Assembly: GCA_903885375.1 (NCBI GenBank)
Contig: CAISIK010000064.1
Coordinates: forward strand, 456-64,455
Length of the DNA: 64,000 nucleotides
Direction of reading: 5' to 3'
Origin: an uncultured Pseudomonadota bacterium
Lineage (GTDB): Bacteria > Myxococcota_A > UBA796 > SXON01
Positions 27,982-37,605 of the stretch are shown here, one piece after another. The position numbers were made by a program, and so were the translations under genes. Under the pieces are notes generated by a model. It saw only the letters and a program-made list of their open reading frames with translations. It did not search any database and was not told the origin of the DNA. Every line of letters starts with the position of its first letter. Within the stretch, counting starts at the first letter, position 1.

Positions 27982-29459
27982 CGCCGGGGCAGACGTCGGG
28001 CGTCAGCGCAGGCGCGGGACCGGGGGAATCGGGAGCTGACGCCTTTCTCGGTCAGGCCTATCGAGCGTGGATGCTCGACGAGGCGGGGCGACAGTTTTCG
28101 CACGGTCCGACCTCGGCCGAGGTACAGGAGGCCATGCACGCTGTCGGTCCCCCACCTTCCGTGCTGGCCGAGGGAGTGCTGGCCGTGGTGGAGCAGGGCC
28201 CGAACGTTCAGCCCACCGTGGATGTCTGGATCAGCGCCGGGCCGCGTTCGTCGGTGAACTGGCTTGGCCAGGCGCTGCCGGCGGGGGAGGAGATCAGCTG
28301 CGACCAGGGGAGCACCGAGAGCTGCCGGATCTATCGCCTGCGCCTCAACATTCTGGCCCGCACCGCCACGGTCACCAAGGTGCAGGACCTCACCGGGATG
28401 GGCATGGGGTCGGTTCAGCCGGCGGTGGATGCGAGTGGGAGGCAATTGGCTACGGTAATCAACCGAGGGAAGTCGGCGAACGGAAACTATCCAGCCGCCG
28501 TCGGGCTTCTGCTCGATGACGGCGGCGGGTGGCCGATCTTCCTGCGCGAGCCGGTGGGCCCTTCCGCTCGCCGACCCGCGAAGCCGACGTTCTGGGGTGC
28601 CAAGCGAGTGCTGTGGACGTCGAACGTCGGGGGTGAGCTCGATGACAACAGCCCAAGTTGGTGGTGGGCGAACCTGATGCAATCGAATCTTGCTTCGGGT
28701 TCGGCTCCCAGCGTATTGCTGGGCGGTCCCGAGGGGGAGAACAGCGACAGCAACCCACCGCCGCCCTGCGAGGCCAACCCAGATTGGCCGAGCGCCGACT
28801 GTGTGAGCTGGCGGGATGCCCAGGTTCACCCCAACCCGGCGGCGTTGAGCCATCTGGTAGCCGCGGAATGGGTCACCGTGTTCGGCCGCCACGGTGTCGA
28901 CCCGCTCGCCGCCGAAGGCAGGCCGATCGTGGCGCGGCTGCCCGATGGGTCCGCCATCCAGGAGTTCGACCTCGGCAACGGCAACGAGGGGGACTCGATT
29001 GTGGGCTGCCACCATCCCGCCTGGAGCATCACGGGCGGGGAGATTGCCTGTACGAGGGAAAAGTCCTTTGATGACACGGTCGGTCTTGAACTCGACGTAC
29101 ACGGCCTTTACGGCTTCCGCTTCCCAAACTTTGGGCGTTGGCAGAACCAAGGCGAGGTGATCAGGAGCACCGACGTTCGTGGCGATCCCGATTTCCCCCA
29201 CTTTCACGGGCTTGCCTACTCGGGTAACGACCATCCTGTCCTCAGCTACAAATACGCCACATGGGTAGCCTCCGACCGTTGGATAGCCGCCACCGTTTTC
29301 ATCACCCAGGGCGGCTCGCACAACGTCCTGATGAGCCGGGTGGTGCTGTTCGACACCACCGGAGCAGAGGCTCCCTTGGATCTGGTCGAGTTCGTCGAGG
29401 ACGCAGAGGGGGCCACCCGCGGCGAGTGGCGGGCGGTGTCCAGCGAGGCGCGGCGATGA
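27978..29459 (+). CDS. hypothetical protein with degenerate TolB/PD40-like beta-propeller repeats (island 1, gene 2)
   Basis: The in-frame GTG at 27978 overlaps the upstream stop (GTGA). Trp/Gly-rich repeats such as HHPAWSITGGEIACT and ATWVASDRWIAAT. Start uncertain. Confidence 0.55.
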   Translation: MTPGQTSGVSAGAGPGESGADAFLGQAYRAWMLDEAGRQFSHGPTSAEVQEAMHAVGPPPSVLAEGVLAVVEQGPNVQPTVDVWISAGPRSSVNWLGQALPAGEEISCDQGSTESCRIYRLRLNILARTATVTKVQDLTGMGMGSVQPAVDASGRQLATVINRGKSANGNYPAAVGLLLDDGGGWPIFLREPVGPSARRPAKPTFWGAKRVLWTSNVGGELDDNSPSWWWANLMQSNLASGSAPSVLLGGPEGENSDSNPPPPCEANPDWPSADCVSWRDAQVHPNPAALSHLVAAEWVTVFGRHGVDPLAAEGRPIVARLPDGSAIQEFDLGNGNEGDSIVGCHHPAWSITGGEIACTREKSFDDTVGLELDVHGLYGFRFPNFGRWQNQGEVIRSTDVRGDPDFPHFHGLAYSGNDHPVLSYKYATWVASDRWIAATVFITQGGSHNVLMSRVVLFDTTGAEAPLDLVEFVEDAEGATRGEWRAVSSEARR

Positions 29460-30463
29460 CCGCGCGGGTGGTCCTCTTCGGTGTGCTGGTAGGGTCCTGC
29501 TCCTGTGTGCCACCCAACGACGCGGACACCGGGGGCCGCAGCAAGAGCGGCGAGGGGAAGGATTCCGGGGACACCGGCGAGCAGACCGCGCGCACCTGCC
29601 CCGACGAGCCGTGGATTGATGTGCAGGTGTCGTGGGACTCCGCGTGTGGTCTCCACGAGGGCGGCTGCATCGAGTGTTGGGGGCGCAATGAAAACGGCGG
29701 CTGGGGGTTGTACGACCCGCCCGATCTGGTAGCGGCTTCCATGACCATCGCCGAGGTGAGCTACGAAGATACCGTCGAGGATGGTACGTATCCCGGCGGA
29801 TGCGCCATCACGCCTGAAGGAGACATGGAGTGTTGGGGAGCGGGGGACTACGGGAGCACGCATCCCACGTCGGATGTCGCGGCGGTGGAGTTGTCCGACT
29901 ATGGCGCGATCGGGGTGCTCACGCTCAATGGCGAGTTGTTTCTCACCAGCCACGGGAAATATTCGCACCTTCCTGTCCCGGACCTCACTGGCCCCTTCGG
30001 CGTGGGTAACTATCGGGTGGCCGGTGTGACCGGCGGGCGATTGTTGTCATGGAAGGGGCAAGGTGGGAGCGAAGAATTGGAGCTGGTTGCGGACTTCGGA
30101 CTGGTTGCTGATTGGCGGTGGTTGCGACACCTTGGCGAGCTTCACATGGTTGGCGCGAGGTTGGATGGCGCCCTGGTGATCTTTGAGGCGAGCCAATACC
30201 ACGGGGATGCCGTTGAGATAGCCCCTCCGGGCTCCGAGTGGGTCGACCTGTTTGCATACCCCTACATCGTCCAGGACGCCGACGGCTACCTCTTCTGGCT
30301 CGAGGATGTGGCGGCCGGGCCCGTGGTTCCCGATCCGATGATGCGCTTCGACATGCGGCAGGGCGGCGATGGTTGCGGCGTGACCTTCGATGGCCGCGTC
30401 CAGTGCATCGGGCCGTTCGCCGCGGAATACCCCCCGCCAGGAAGCTACGTGGTGGGTCCGTAG
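29456..30463 (+). CDS. RCC1-like repeat lipoprotein (island 1, gene 3)
   Basis: ATG 29456 overlaps the upstream stop (ATGA). Lipobox VGSCSC and a DTG tether. Recurrent CWG-type motifs (IECWG, MECWG, VQCIG). Confidence 0.6.
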   Translation: MTARVVLFGVLVGSCSCVPPNDADTGGRSKSGEGKDSGDTGEQTARTCPDEPWIDVQVSWDSACGLHEGGCIECWGRNENGGWGLYDPPDLVAASMTIAEVSYEDTVEDGTYPGGCAITPEGDMECWGAGDYGSTHPTSDVAAVELSDYGAIGVLTLNGELFLTSHGKYSHLPVPDLTGPFGVGNYRVAGVTGGRLLSWKGQGGSEELELVADFGLVADWRWLRHLGELHMVGARLDGALVIFEASQYHGDAVEIAPPGSEWVDLFAYPYIVQDADGYLFWLEDVAAGPVVPDPMMRFDMRQGGDGCGVTFDGRVQCIGPFAAEYPPPGSYVVGP

Positions 30464-30502
30464 GATGGACGGGGAGACGTGAGCCCCGCCCCCCCCGCCT
30501 CC

Positions 30503-32074
30503 CTACCAGCGCGTGCGCGCCGCGGCCGACAGCACCGTGACCGTGCCCCCGCCGAGGTTGTCGGCGGCGAGGAGGTGGCCGCCCTGGAGGAGGAGGGCGG
30601 GCTGGAGCTGCCACACACGCTTCAGCGGGACATCGCCGAGCTGGATGGCCCAGTCGATCTCGGTGCCGAGGTCGTAGCCCTCGGTGACCTCGCCGAGGTG
30701 GTTGGTGGGCACGCCGCCGTTGCGGGCCGTGGTGAAGGGCTGCTGAACGGGGTTGGTGTTCCAGGCCAGCAGCACGCCCGCCTTCAGGCTGAGCCACTTC
30801 TTCGGGGTGACCTCCACGATCGGCTGCACGAACGCCGCGTGGCGGAAGGCGCCCTCGGCCACCAGCGACTCGGCGCCATCGGGCGCCCCGCCGCTGTGCG
30901 CGGGGTCCTGGAGCTGCGCGTAGGCTGCCGCATCGACCGCGCCGAGCACCTCGTCGAACAGCACGCTGCCCACGTCGAAGTCGCGATCGAAGGTGAAGTC
31001 GTTGCTCGCGCGGTCGTCGGGGTTGGTGTCGCCGCTGGCCCAGCCGCCGCGGGCGGCCACGCGGAGCGGCACGGCCTTCAGGCGGGCCTCGGCGAGGCCG
31101 GTGACACCGGCCGCCTGCACCGTGAGGCCCTCGCGGCTGGAGTAGCTCTGCCCCCGCGTGGTCTCGCCGAAGATGCCGGCGCCTTCTACCGCGAAGCGGA
31201 GGTCGGCCCCCCGCAGCGGGACGGGCAGATCGCCGAACGCGTCGACGACGTGCGCCTGGGTGGTGCGCACGGCGTCGAGCTCGGTCTGGTCGCGGTAGAC
31301 GTAGTACACGCCGGTGCGCGCCCCCTCCCGCTCGCCGTAGATGGCCGAGGCCACGAGCTGCCAGGCCTCCTCGCCGCCTTCGAGGGGGCTCCAGTCGGCG
31401 AGCTCATCCTCCACCACGCGGTCGCCGGCCACCACGAGGGTCAGCGGCTTGCCCACGAGGGGGCGCGTGGCCACGCGGAGGCGGATCACCCGGTCGCCGA
31501 AGTCGTTGCGGCCGAACTCCGGGTCGGTGGCGCCGTCGTTGGCCACCATGCCGAGGCCCCAGCGGCTGGTCACGAGGCCGCCTTCGAGGGCCACGGGCCC
31601 CACCCGGCCGCCGATGCTCAGGCGCCGCGCGGTGAAGGCGTCGGGGCGCGTGAGGAGGTCGAGGGATTCGCGGTGGCGCGCATCCTCCGTGCCGCGGATG
31701 TCCCAGGCATCGCCGGCGAGCTGGCCATCGAAGAGGTCCCACTCCGTCCTGGCGTCAAAACCCTTCCAGGAAAAGCCGACGCCGGCGCGGAGGCGGGAGT
31801 CGAGGACCAGGGATTGGCCGAGGGTGTTGCCTTCGTCGTCTACCTGCAGGTCGGCGGGCGGGAGGCTGGCGATGAGCCGCGCTTCGCCCGTGGTGGAGAA
31901 CCATTGGGGGAGGCCGCGACTCTCGGCGAGCGCCGCGGCGGCCTCGGCGGGGGTTTGGGCGCCGGTTGCATCCTTCTCGGCGGCGTGGCCCGGATCGACC
32001 AGACCAAGCATCAGGATCGGGGTCATTCGCCACCCCCCGTGTCGCCTTCGGGCAGGGCGGGGAGCCAGGCGCAC
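30503..32074 (-). CDS. putative outer-membrane beta-barrel protein
   Basis: 523-aa ORF with an Arg-rich, then hydrophobic N-terminus. Alternating beta-type sequence ending in Trp. An alternative ATG at 32026 overlaps the upstream stop (ATGA). Confidence 0.6.
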   Translation of the reverse strand: MRLAPRPARRRHGGWRMTPILMLGLVDPGHAAEKDATGAQTPAEAAAALAESRGLPQWFSTTGEARLIASLPPADLQVDDEGNTLGQSLVLDSRLRAGVGFSWKGFDARTEWDLFDGQLAGDAWDIRGTEDARHRESLDLLTRPDAFTARRLSIGGRVGPVALEGGLVTSRWGLGMVANDGATDPEFGRNDFGDRVIRLRVATRPLVGKPLTLVVAGDRVVEDELADWSPLEGGEEAWQLVASAIYGEREGARTGVYYVYRDQTELDAVRTTQAHVVDAFGDLPVPLRGADLRFAVEGAGIFGETTRGQSYSSREGLTVQAAGVTGLAEARLKAVPLRVAARGGWASGDTNPDDRASNDFTFDRDFDVGSVLFDEVLGAVDAAAYAQLQDPAHSGGAPDGAESLVAEGAFRHAAFVQPIVEVTPKKWLSLKAGVLLAWNTNPVQQPFTTARNGGVPTNHLGEVTEGYDLGTEIDWAIQLGDVPLKRVWQLQPALLLQGGHLLAADNLGGGTVTVLSAAARTRW

Positions 32075-35031
32075 GAAGCGTCCTCGAGGCAGGGGTCGTC
32101 GACCACCTCCTGCCCGTTGTTCTGGAAGTAGGTGGCGATCTGCATGACCATGTAGGTGCTGATGTCGAAGGGGTCGTCGGGGCGCGGGATGGCGAAGCCG
32201 TGGCTCCCGGTGGGGGTCGTGTACGGGAGCCGCATGGCGCTGGTGCCCGCGCTAGTGGGGACGGTGAGGCGGAGGGGGGCATCGCTGGGGGCGCCGGTGC
32301 CGTCCATGCCGTCGTCGAGATCGTCGGCGTCGAACAGGCAGCTGGCGCCGTTGGCATCGACGTAGGGGCCCCACTCCTCGAGGCCGGAGACCACGCCCCG
32401 GTCGATGAGGTAGCGGTCCACCGTCATGCCGTAGCGGTCGTCCACCACGGTGTCGTCGATCCAGCCGGCCGCGCGGGCGAGCGCGATCTCGCTGTTCACG
32501 CTCACGATCGTGTCGCCCGGGGTGGGGACGAGGAGCATGTTGCGCGGGACGCCGTTGGTTGGCGATTCCGTGAGCATGCGGGCGTAGCCGACCGGGTCGC
32601 CGCCCTCGAGCACGGCGCCGAAGATGAAGGCGGTGCGGCGCAGGTCGGGGGTGCCCCGAATCTTGCCGAGGCCCTCGGCCGCCGCCACGAGCGTGCTTCC
32701 CGCGGCGTAGGTGGCCCCCTGGAAGGACACCTCGTCCTGCCAGTCCTCGACCACCGCCACCTCCTCGCCCTCGGCGGTGAGGAAGGTCAGCCGGAGACGG
32801 TCGCCGGCTTCGGCGTTGTCGGGGAGCACGTAGCGGGCGCCGGCCTGGGCGCCGTTTTCGGGGATGCCGGCGAGCGCGCGTTTTTCCCAGGCGCTCGCGG
32901 CGTCGGCGGGGATGCCGAGCCGGAAGCGGCCGTCGGTGGGCACCAGACCCTCGCGGACCTCGCCATTGTCGAGGTTTTCGATGCGGATGCGGCCCCCGGC
33001 CGGGAAGGAGGGGAGGGTGGCCACGGGCAGGGACACCATGTCGGTGACGGAGTTCACGATCTGCACGATCTGCACGCTGCCATCGTCGGCCGGGTAGCCC
33101 ACGAACAGCGGCGACATCAGGCGGCCGTGCATGGCCTCGACCGCGCCGCCGATCTCGGTGCGCAGGGCCACGTCGAGGAGGCCGGCGCCGGCCACGATCG
33201 GGCTCCAGGCAGTGACCTCATCGATGATGCCCGCGGCCACCGCGGTGTTGATGCCGCCCAGCGAGCCGCCGATGACGTACTGGCGCGCGTCGGGGCCGCC
33301 GATGTCGGCGGTGCCATCGCCATCCCAGTCGCAGGAAACGGCCTTCTTGCCATCGGGGAGGGTCATCGTGCCCTGGCCGCACGCCATGGTCGCATCCACC
33401 ATCCGGGCATGGTCGAGCGCGCCCTGGCGCACCATGTCGCGGGTGTGGAAGGCGTCGGCCGTCCACTGGTCGCCGCCGGAGTCGCCGATACCGTCGTTGT
33501 CGAGGTCGCGGTAGCGGGAGTCCTGGAGGTGCGTGAGGAAGCCCTCGAGGCCCTTGCCCTTGAGCACTGCCTGGATGAGCGCGGCTTCGTCGGCGCTCAC
33601 GGTGGGACCGTGGCCCGGGTAGTCGAACGCGCAGGCCGCCATGCCCACCCGGTTGAAGGCCCAGGCAAAACCGAGGAAGTCGAAGCGGCTGGAGCCGTAG
33701 CCGTGCCCGAAGGACACGACCGGCGCGGGCTGGGCGACATCCTTCGGCAGCACGCAGGTGAAGACCACGCGCTCCTCGCGGGCACGGGCGCGACCGGCGC
33801 CGAGGTCCACATCCCAGAGGTCGTCGCTGTCGTCGGCCGCGGGCCAGGCGGCCTGCGTGCCGTCGAGGTCGGCCATGAAGTTGGGGGTGGTGAAGCTGCC
33901 GCCCACCACGTAGCTCCCGAAGGCCTCGTAGTTGGCGATGAGCGCGTCGGCGCCGGCGCCATCGAAGAGGCCGAGCTCCACCAGCGTGTCGAGCAGGACC
34001 GACACGGGGAGGGTGTGGCTCGGCACGCCCGGCATCTCGTGGACGGGCTCGGCACTGAGCACGCCGGCCGGGAACTGCTCGGCGAGGGAGGCGAAGGCCC
34101 CTTCGCCGAGGAGGCCTTGACGCACGGCGCGCAGGTCCCCCGAGACATCGCCGGTGGTGAAGGTCCAGGCGTAGGCGACGTCGCTGACGGAGAGATCGAG
34201 CTCGGGGAGCAGGTCCTCGAGCGGGCGGAGGGTTTCGGTCTGCTTGAGGTGGTTCACCCAGGGCCAGGGCGAGCGCACGGGCTCGCCGTCCGCCCCCACG
34301 AGGCGGTTGGTGAGGACCACGGCGTAGGTGGTCTTCTCGCGCAGGGGGCGCTGGGGGCGCCAGATGAGGGTGTCGGTCTGGCGCTCGTAGAAGGTGAGCA
34401 GGTCGGCGCGCGGATCGCCGCCCTCCGGGTACACGTTCGGCACGTCGAGGACCCCGTCGTTGTCGGTGTCCTCCCCCCAATCGAGCGAGCCGTTGCCGTT
34501 CACATCCTCGGCCACGGTGTCGAACACGAGCGTAGGCGACGCGAAGCGGCTGTCGTTGGGGAAGTAGCGGTTGGGGTCGGGCACATCGAGCGGGAAGCGG
34601 CCCTCACCGAAGTCGAGCGGCACGGCCTTGCCGTAGTCGGGGGAGCCCTCGGTGACGTCGATGACGTAGACCGCATCGTCGGCGAAGGCGGCCTCGCCGC
34701 GCTTCTCGTCATCGCGGTGGCGCAGGGCCACGTTGTCGAGGTCGAGCGGCGCATCGAAGCGGACGGCCATCGGGGCGTACACGCCGAAGCCGGTGAGGGT
34801 GTTCATCTTCTGGCGGGCGTTGCGCTCCATCTGCGTGGGCGCATCGGTGGGGATGTTCAGGCGCAGGCCGGTGGTGCTCGTGACATCGGTGCGCGTGGCC
34901 AGATCGTTGGGGAAGGGCAGCTCGGGGAGCGGCTGGGCATCCCAGTCGATCACCACGACGGGACCGGACCCTTCGGGGGTAGCCCGGAGCCCTTCCGGGT
35001 AGGGGGCGCAGGCGAGGAGGGCGAGGATCAT
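32023..35031 (-). CDS. large secreted lipoprotein with alpha/beta-hydrolase (lipase/esterase-like) core
   Basis: 1002 aa. Lipobox LLAC. SFGHGYGSSRFDF and the nucleophile elbow IGGSLGG (GxSxG). Confidence 0.7.
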   Translation of the reverse strand: MILALLACAPYPEGLRATPEGSGPVVVIDWDAQPLPELPFPNDLATRTDVTSTTGLRLNIPTDAPTQMERNARQKMNTLTGFGVYAPMAVRFDAPLDLDNVALRHRDDEKRGEAAFADDAVYVIDVTEGSPDYGKAVPLDFGEGRFPLDVPDPNRYFPNDSRFASPTLVFDTVAEDVNGNGSLDWGEDTDNDGVLDVPNVYPEGGDPRADLLTFYERQTDTLIWRPQRPLREKTTYAVVLTNRLVGADGEPVRSPWPWVNHLKQTETLRPLEDLLPELDLSVSDVAYAWTFTTGDVSGDLRAVRQGLLGEGAFASLAEQFPAGVLSAEPVHEMPGVPSHTLPVSVLLDTLVELGLFDGAGADALIANYEAFGSYVVGGSFTTPNFMADLDGTQAAWPAADDSDDLWDVDLGAGRARAREERVVFTCVLPKDVAQPAPVVSFGHGYGSSRFDFLGFAWAFNRVGMAACAFDYPGHGPTVSADEAALIQAVLKGKGLEGFLTHLQDSRYRDLDNDGIGDSGGDQWTADAFHTRDMVRQGALDHARMVDATMACGQGTMTLPDGKKAVSCDWDGDGTADIGGPDARQYVIGGSLGGINTAVAAGIIDEVTAWSPIVAGAGLLDVALRTEIGGAVEAMHGRLMSPLFVGYPADDGSVQIVQIVNSVTDMVSLPVATLPSFPAGGRIRIENLDNGEVREGLVPTDGRFRLGIPADAASAWEKRALAGIPENGAQAGARYVLPDNAEAGDRLRLTFLTAEGEEVAVVEDWQDEVSFQGATYAAGSTLVAAAEGLGKIRGTPDLRRTAFIFGAVLEGGDPVGYARMLTESPTNGVPRNMLLVPTPGDTIVSVNSEIALARAAGWIDDTVVDDRYGMTVDRYLIDRGVVSGLEEWGPYVDANGASCLFDADDLDDGMDGTGAPSDAPLRLTVPTSAGTSAMRLPYTTPTGSHGFAIPRPDDPFDISTYMVMQIATYFQNNGQEVVDDPCLEDASCAWLPALPEGDTGGGE

Positions 35032-35203
35032 GGCGGGCCGCTATCCGGCGTTGGGCGCGGGCGCTCGCGGGGGTGGGGGGGCGATGTCGGGCCGACGCGC
35101 CGCGACCCGTTCCGGGGGGCGCCGGGGCAGGCGCGCGTCGGGGCGCCTTGCGTGGCGCTGGGCCCCCGGCGGCGCTTCGACGGGGGCGATACGGGCGGAG
35201 CGC

Positions 35204-36892
35204 ATGCCGCAACCGGAGCCGTCGCCGCCCCCTGCCGAGGTGCGCAGCCCGTGGGGGCGGCTGGCGGCGCCGTTGGGTCTGGCCCTCGCGGTGCTGTTCG
35301 GCGCCCGGGCAGCGGTGATGAACCCGGTGGCGGCCTTCCCGCAGCGCGACACCGCCTTTGGCGAGGTGGCCATCCATCACCTGCAGGACGCGCTGCTGGG
35401 CCGCGCGGCGTGGGCCGACGCCCCGCTCGGTTGGCCGCTCCCGGGCGGTACTGCGCGGCTCGACTGGATGCTCGGGCAGGCGCTGCTCACGCTGCCGCTG
35501 AGGGCGGTCGGCGCGGCACCGTGGACCTGTCATGGGTCCGCGAGCGCGCTCGGCCTGGTGGTGTCGGCGCTCGCGGCGTTCGGCATCGGGCGTCGGCTGG
35601 GGCTCACGCGCGCAGGGGCGCTGCTGGCGGGCCTCGGCGCCGGGCTCGGGCCGGCGGCGCTCGGCGAGCTGCACCACGCGAACCTCACGTGGGGCGGGCT
35701 CGGCGGCGTGGCGGTCTGGCTCATTTGGGGGGCGGGCCACCGCGCGACGGACGCGGCCGATCCCCGTCGGGCCGCGCTGCGCGGCGGGATGGCCGGCGCT
35801 GTCCTGGCCGGGGCCGCCCACTTCGGGCTGTACGCAGCACTGTTCAGTGGCGTCACTTTTCTGGCGGCCCTGCCGGCGTTGGCGGTCACCGCCGGCCGGC
35901 GCGCGTGGCTCGGCTTCTTGGGCGGTGCGCTCGCGGTGGGGCTCACCCTCGTGCCGGTGGCGGTGCTCTACGCCGGCGCTGACAGCGCCGTGGATGCGGG
36001 CGACAGCGCCGGCGAATCCTGGGACCCCGCCAGGAGCCTCGCGCCCACCGCCGCCGCCCCGGTGCACCGTGCGCTCGGGCTGGCGGCGCTTCCCGCGGCC
36101 AAAGCGGTGCTGCAGCGCTCGGCGAACCCGGGCTATCTGCTCGGCGGGATGGGGATCGTAGGGGTGTCGCTGGCGCTCCGTCGGTGGCGCGCGGGCTGGC
36201 CGATGGTGCTTGCGCTGGGGCTCTCGGCGGCGGCGATGGCGGTGGGGGGCCGGCCGAGCTGGGCGGGGAACTCGCTCGGGGTGGTGGGCCCCTACGCCTG
36301 GGTCGACCTCTTCTCCGGCCACCGACTGCGCGCGCCGGAGCGCTGGCTCTTCCTCGTGCACGTGGCGCTGGCGCTATTTGCGGGGCTGACGCTGAGCGCG
36401 GCGCAGCGGTGGGTGGCGGGGGGCGGCGGGGCGCGGGCGTGGAGGGCGATGCCGCGGGCCTGCGCGTGGGTGCCTGCGCTCCTGGGCGCCGTGGTGCTCC
36501 TCGTCGCGTACGGCGAGCTGCCGGTGAGGGTGCCGCACGCCGCGGCGCGCACCGGCTTTCCGCCACCGGCCTACACGCTGCTCGATGGCGCGGCGCCGGG
36601 ACCGCTCTTCGAGGTGCTGGGCGGGAAGGACCCATGCCGGCCGGTGGATCGGCTGCGCATGCAGCCGGCGCACGGCCACGCGCTGGTGGGCGGGCACCAG
36701 GGCCGCTTCTCGCCGGAGATCCGGGCGCTGAACAAGACGCTCGACGCCTGGCCGTCGCCCGCCACCGTGAGCTGGCTGCGGGAGGCAGGCGTGGGGCTGA
36801 TCCTGGAGCATCCGCCGCTCCGGCCGCTGCCCGCAGACCCGGGGTTGGTGTGCACGGAGGCGGCCAGCCATCGGCTCTGCACGCTGCGCTGA
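35204..36892 (+). CDS. polytopic membrane protein (glycosyltransferase-39/ArnT-like topology)
   Basis: ORF 35030-36892 trimmed to ATG 35204. More than 10 hydrophobic segments, then a soluble C-terminal domain. Family not confirmed. Confidence 0.6.
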   Translation: MPQPEPSPPPAEVRSPWGRLAAPLGLALAVLFGARAAVMNPVAAFPQRDTAFGEVAIHHLQDALLGRAAWADAPLGWPLPGGTARLDWMLGQALLTLPLRAVGAAPWTCHGSASALGLVVSALAAFGIGRRLGLTRAGALLAGLGAGLGPAALGELHHANLTWGGLGGVAVWLIWGAGHRATDAADPRRAALRGGMAGAVLAGAAHFGLYAALFSGVTFLAALPALAVTAGRRAWLGFLGGALAVGLTLVPVAVLYAGADSAVDAGDSAGESWDPARSLAPTAAAPVHRALGLAALPAAKAVLQRSANPGYLLGGMGIVGVSLALRRWRAGWPMVLALGLSAAAMAVGGRPSWAGNSLGVVGPYAWVDLFSGHRLRAPERWLFLVHVALALFAGLTLSAAQRWVAGGGGARAWRAMPRACAWVPALLGAVVLLVAYGELPVRVPHAAARTGFPPPAYTLLDGAAPGPLFEVLGGKDPCRPVDRLRMQPAHGHALVGGHQGRFSPEIRALNKTLDAWPSPATVSWLREAGVGLILEHPPLRPLPADPGLVCTEAASHRLCTLR

Positions 36893-36936
36893 GGGGAGGG
36901 GGCGCCGCGAGCGGCGCGGCTTCCAAGGGCTTTGGC

Positions 36937-36984
36937 CAAACCGCCGCGACCGTCCGCTGGGGTCCCGGAGTCCGGCGCGGTTTG
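36937..36984 (+). repeat. conserved stem-loop element, copy A
   Basis: 8-bp stem CAAACCGC/GCGGTTTG encloses a 32-nt loop. The 20-mer CGCCGCGACCGTCCGCTGGG (36942-36961) is identical to 41405-41424. Confidence 0.6.
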
Positions 36985-37101
36985 CGGCGCCTCCGGGAGC
37001 GACGACCGGGGCCCAGGGGGGCCCCGACTTCGCAGTTCTTCACATGGGGCATCACGAAGCCTTCATGCGCGGGGGCGATGCTGTGGGGGCAAGGAGTTCG
37101 A

Positions 37102-37605
37102 ATGTTCGGTTTCTTCATGGGTACACTCTGTCTTTTCGCGCTCGGCGGCGTTCTCCGTCGGATGATGTGGATGCGCCACGGTCGCTTCGCGCAAGGCGGC
37201 CACGGGGGTGGGTGGGGCCGCGGCCACTGGCATCGCGGACGCGGCGGCGCGTTCGCGCAACAGGGCTTCGGCCGGGCCATGGCCGAGGTGGTGAAGCGTC
37301 GGCTGCGCATCGACCCCAACCAGAAGGGCATCGTGGAGCACGCGCTCGCCGACGCCCGCAAGTCGGGGAGCGAGCTGCGCGACGAGCTGGCCGCCACCCG
37401 GGCGGGGATCGCCGACGCTTTCCGGGGTGAAGCGGTGGACGACGCGGCCCTCGCCGCCGCCTTCGCCCGCCACGACGACGCCCTCTCGCGGGCCCGTCGC
37501 GACGTCGTGTCGACGTTCAAGCAGGTGCACGCCGTGCTCGACGAGAAGCAGCGCGCCCGGGCCGCCGACTGGATGGCCTCGGGCAGCCAGGGAGGGTGTG
37601 TCTGA
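37102..37605 (+). CDS. CpxP/Spy-family periplasmic stress protein-like
   Basis: AAGGAG (37091-37096) precedes ATG 37102. N-terminal hydrophobic segment, a Gly/His/Arg-rich stretch, and two LTxxQ-like motifs (IDPNQ, LDEKQ). Confidence 0.65.
   Translation: MFGFFMGTLCLFALGGVLRRMMWMRHGRFAQGGHGGGWGRGHWHRGRGGAFAQQGFGRAMAEVVKRRLRIDPNQKGIVEHALADARKSGSELRDELAATRAGIADAFRGEAVDDAALAAAFARHDDALSRARRDVVSTFKQVHAVLDEKQRARAADWMASGSQGGCV

Noticed and set aside
31966-35982. 1338-aa plus-strand ORF
   Set aside because: Antisense to the lipase-like lipoprotein gene, and out of frame with the membrane protein gene beyond 35204. No motifs.
36934-36961. Interpreting the conserved 20-mer as a sigma-54 or ECF-type promoter
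   Set aside because: GG-N10-GC and AAC...CGTC-like matches are trivial in this GC content, and the spacing does not fit the ECF consensus. The stem-loop reading explains more of the conservation.
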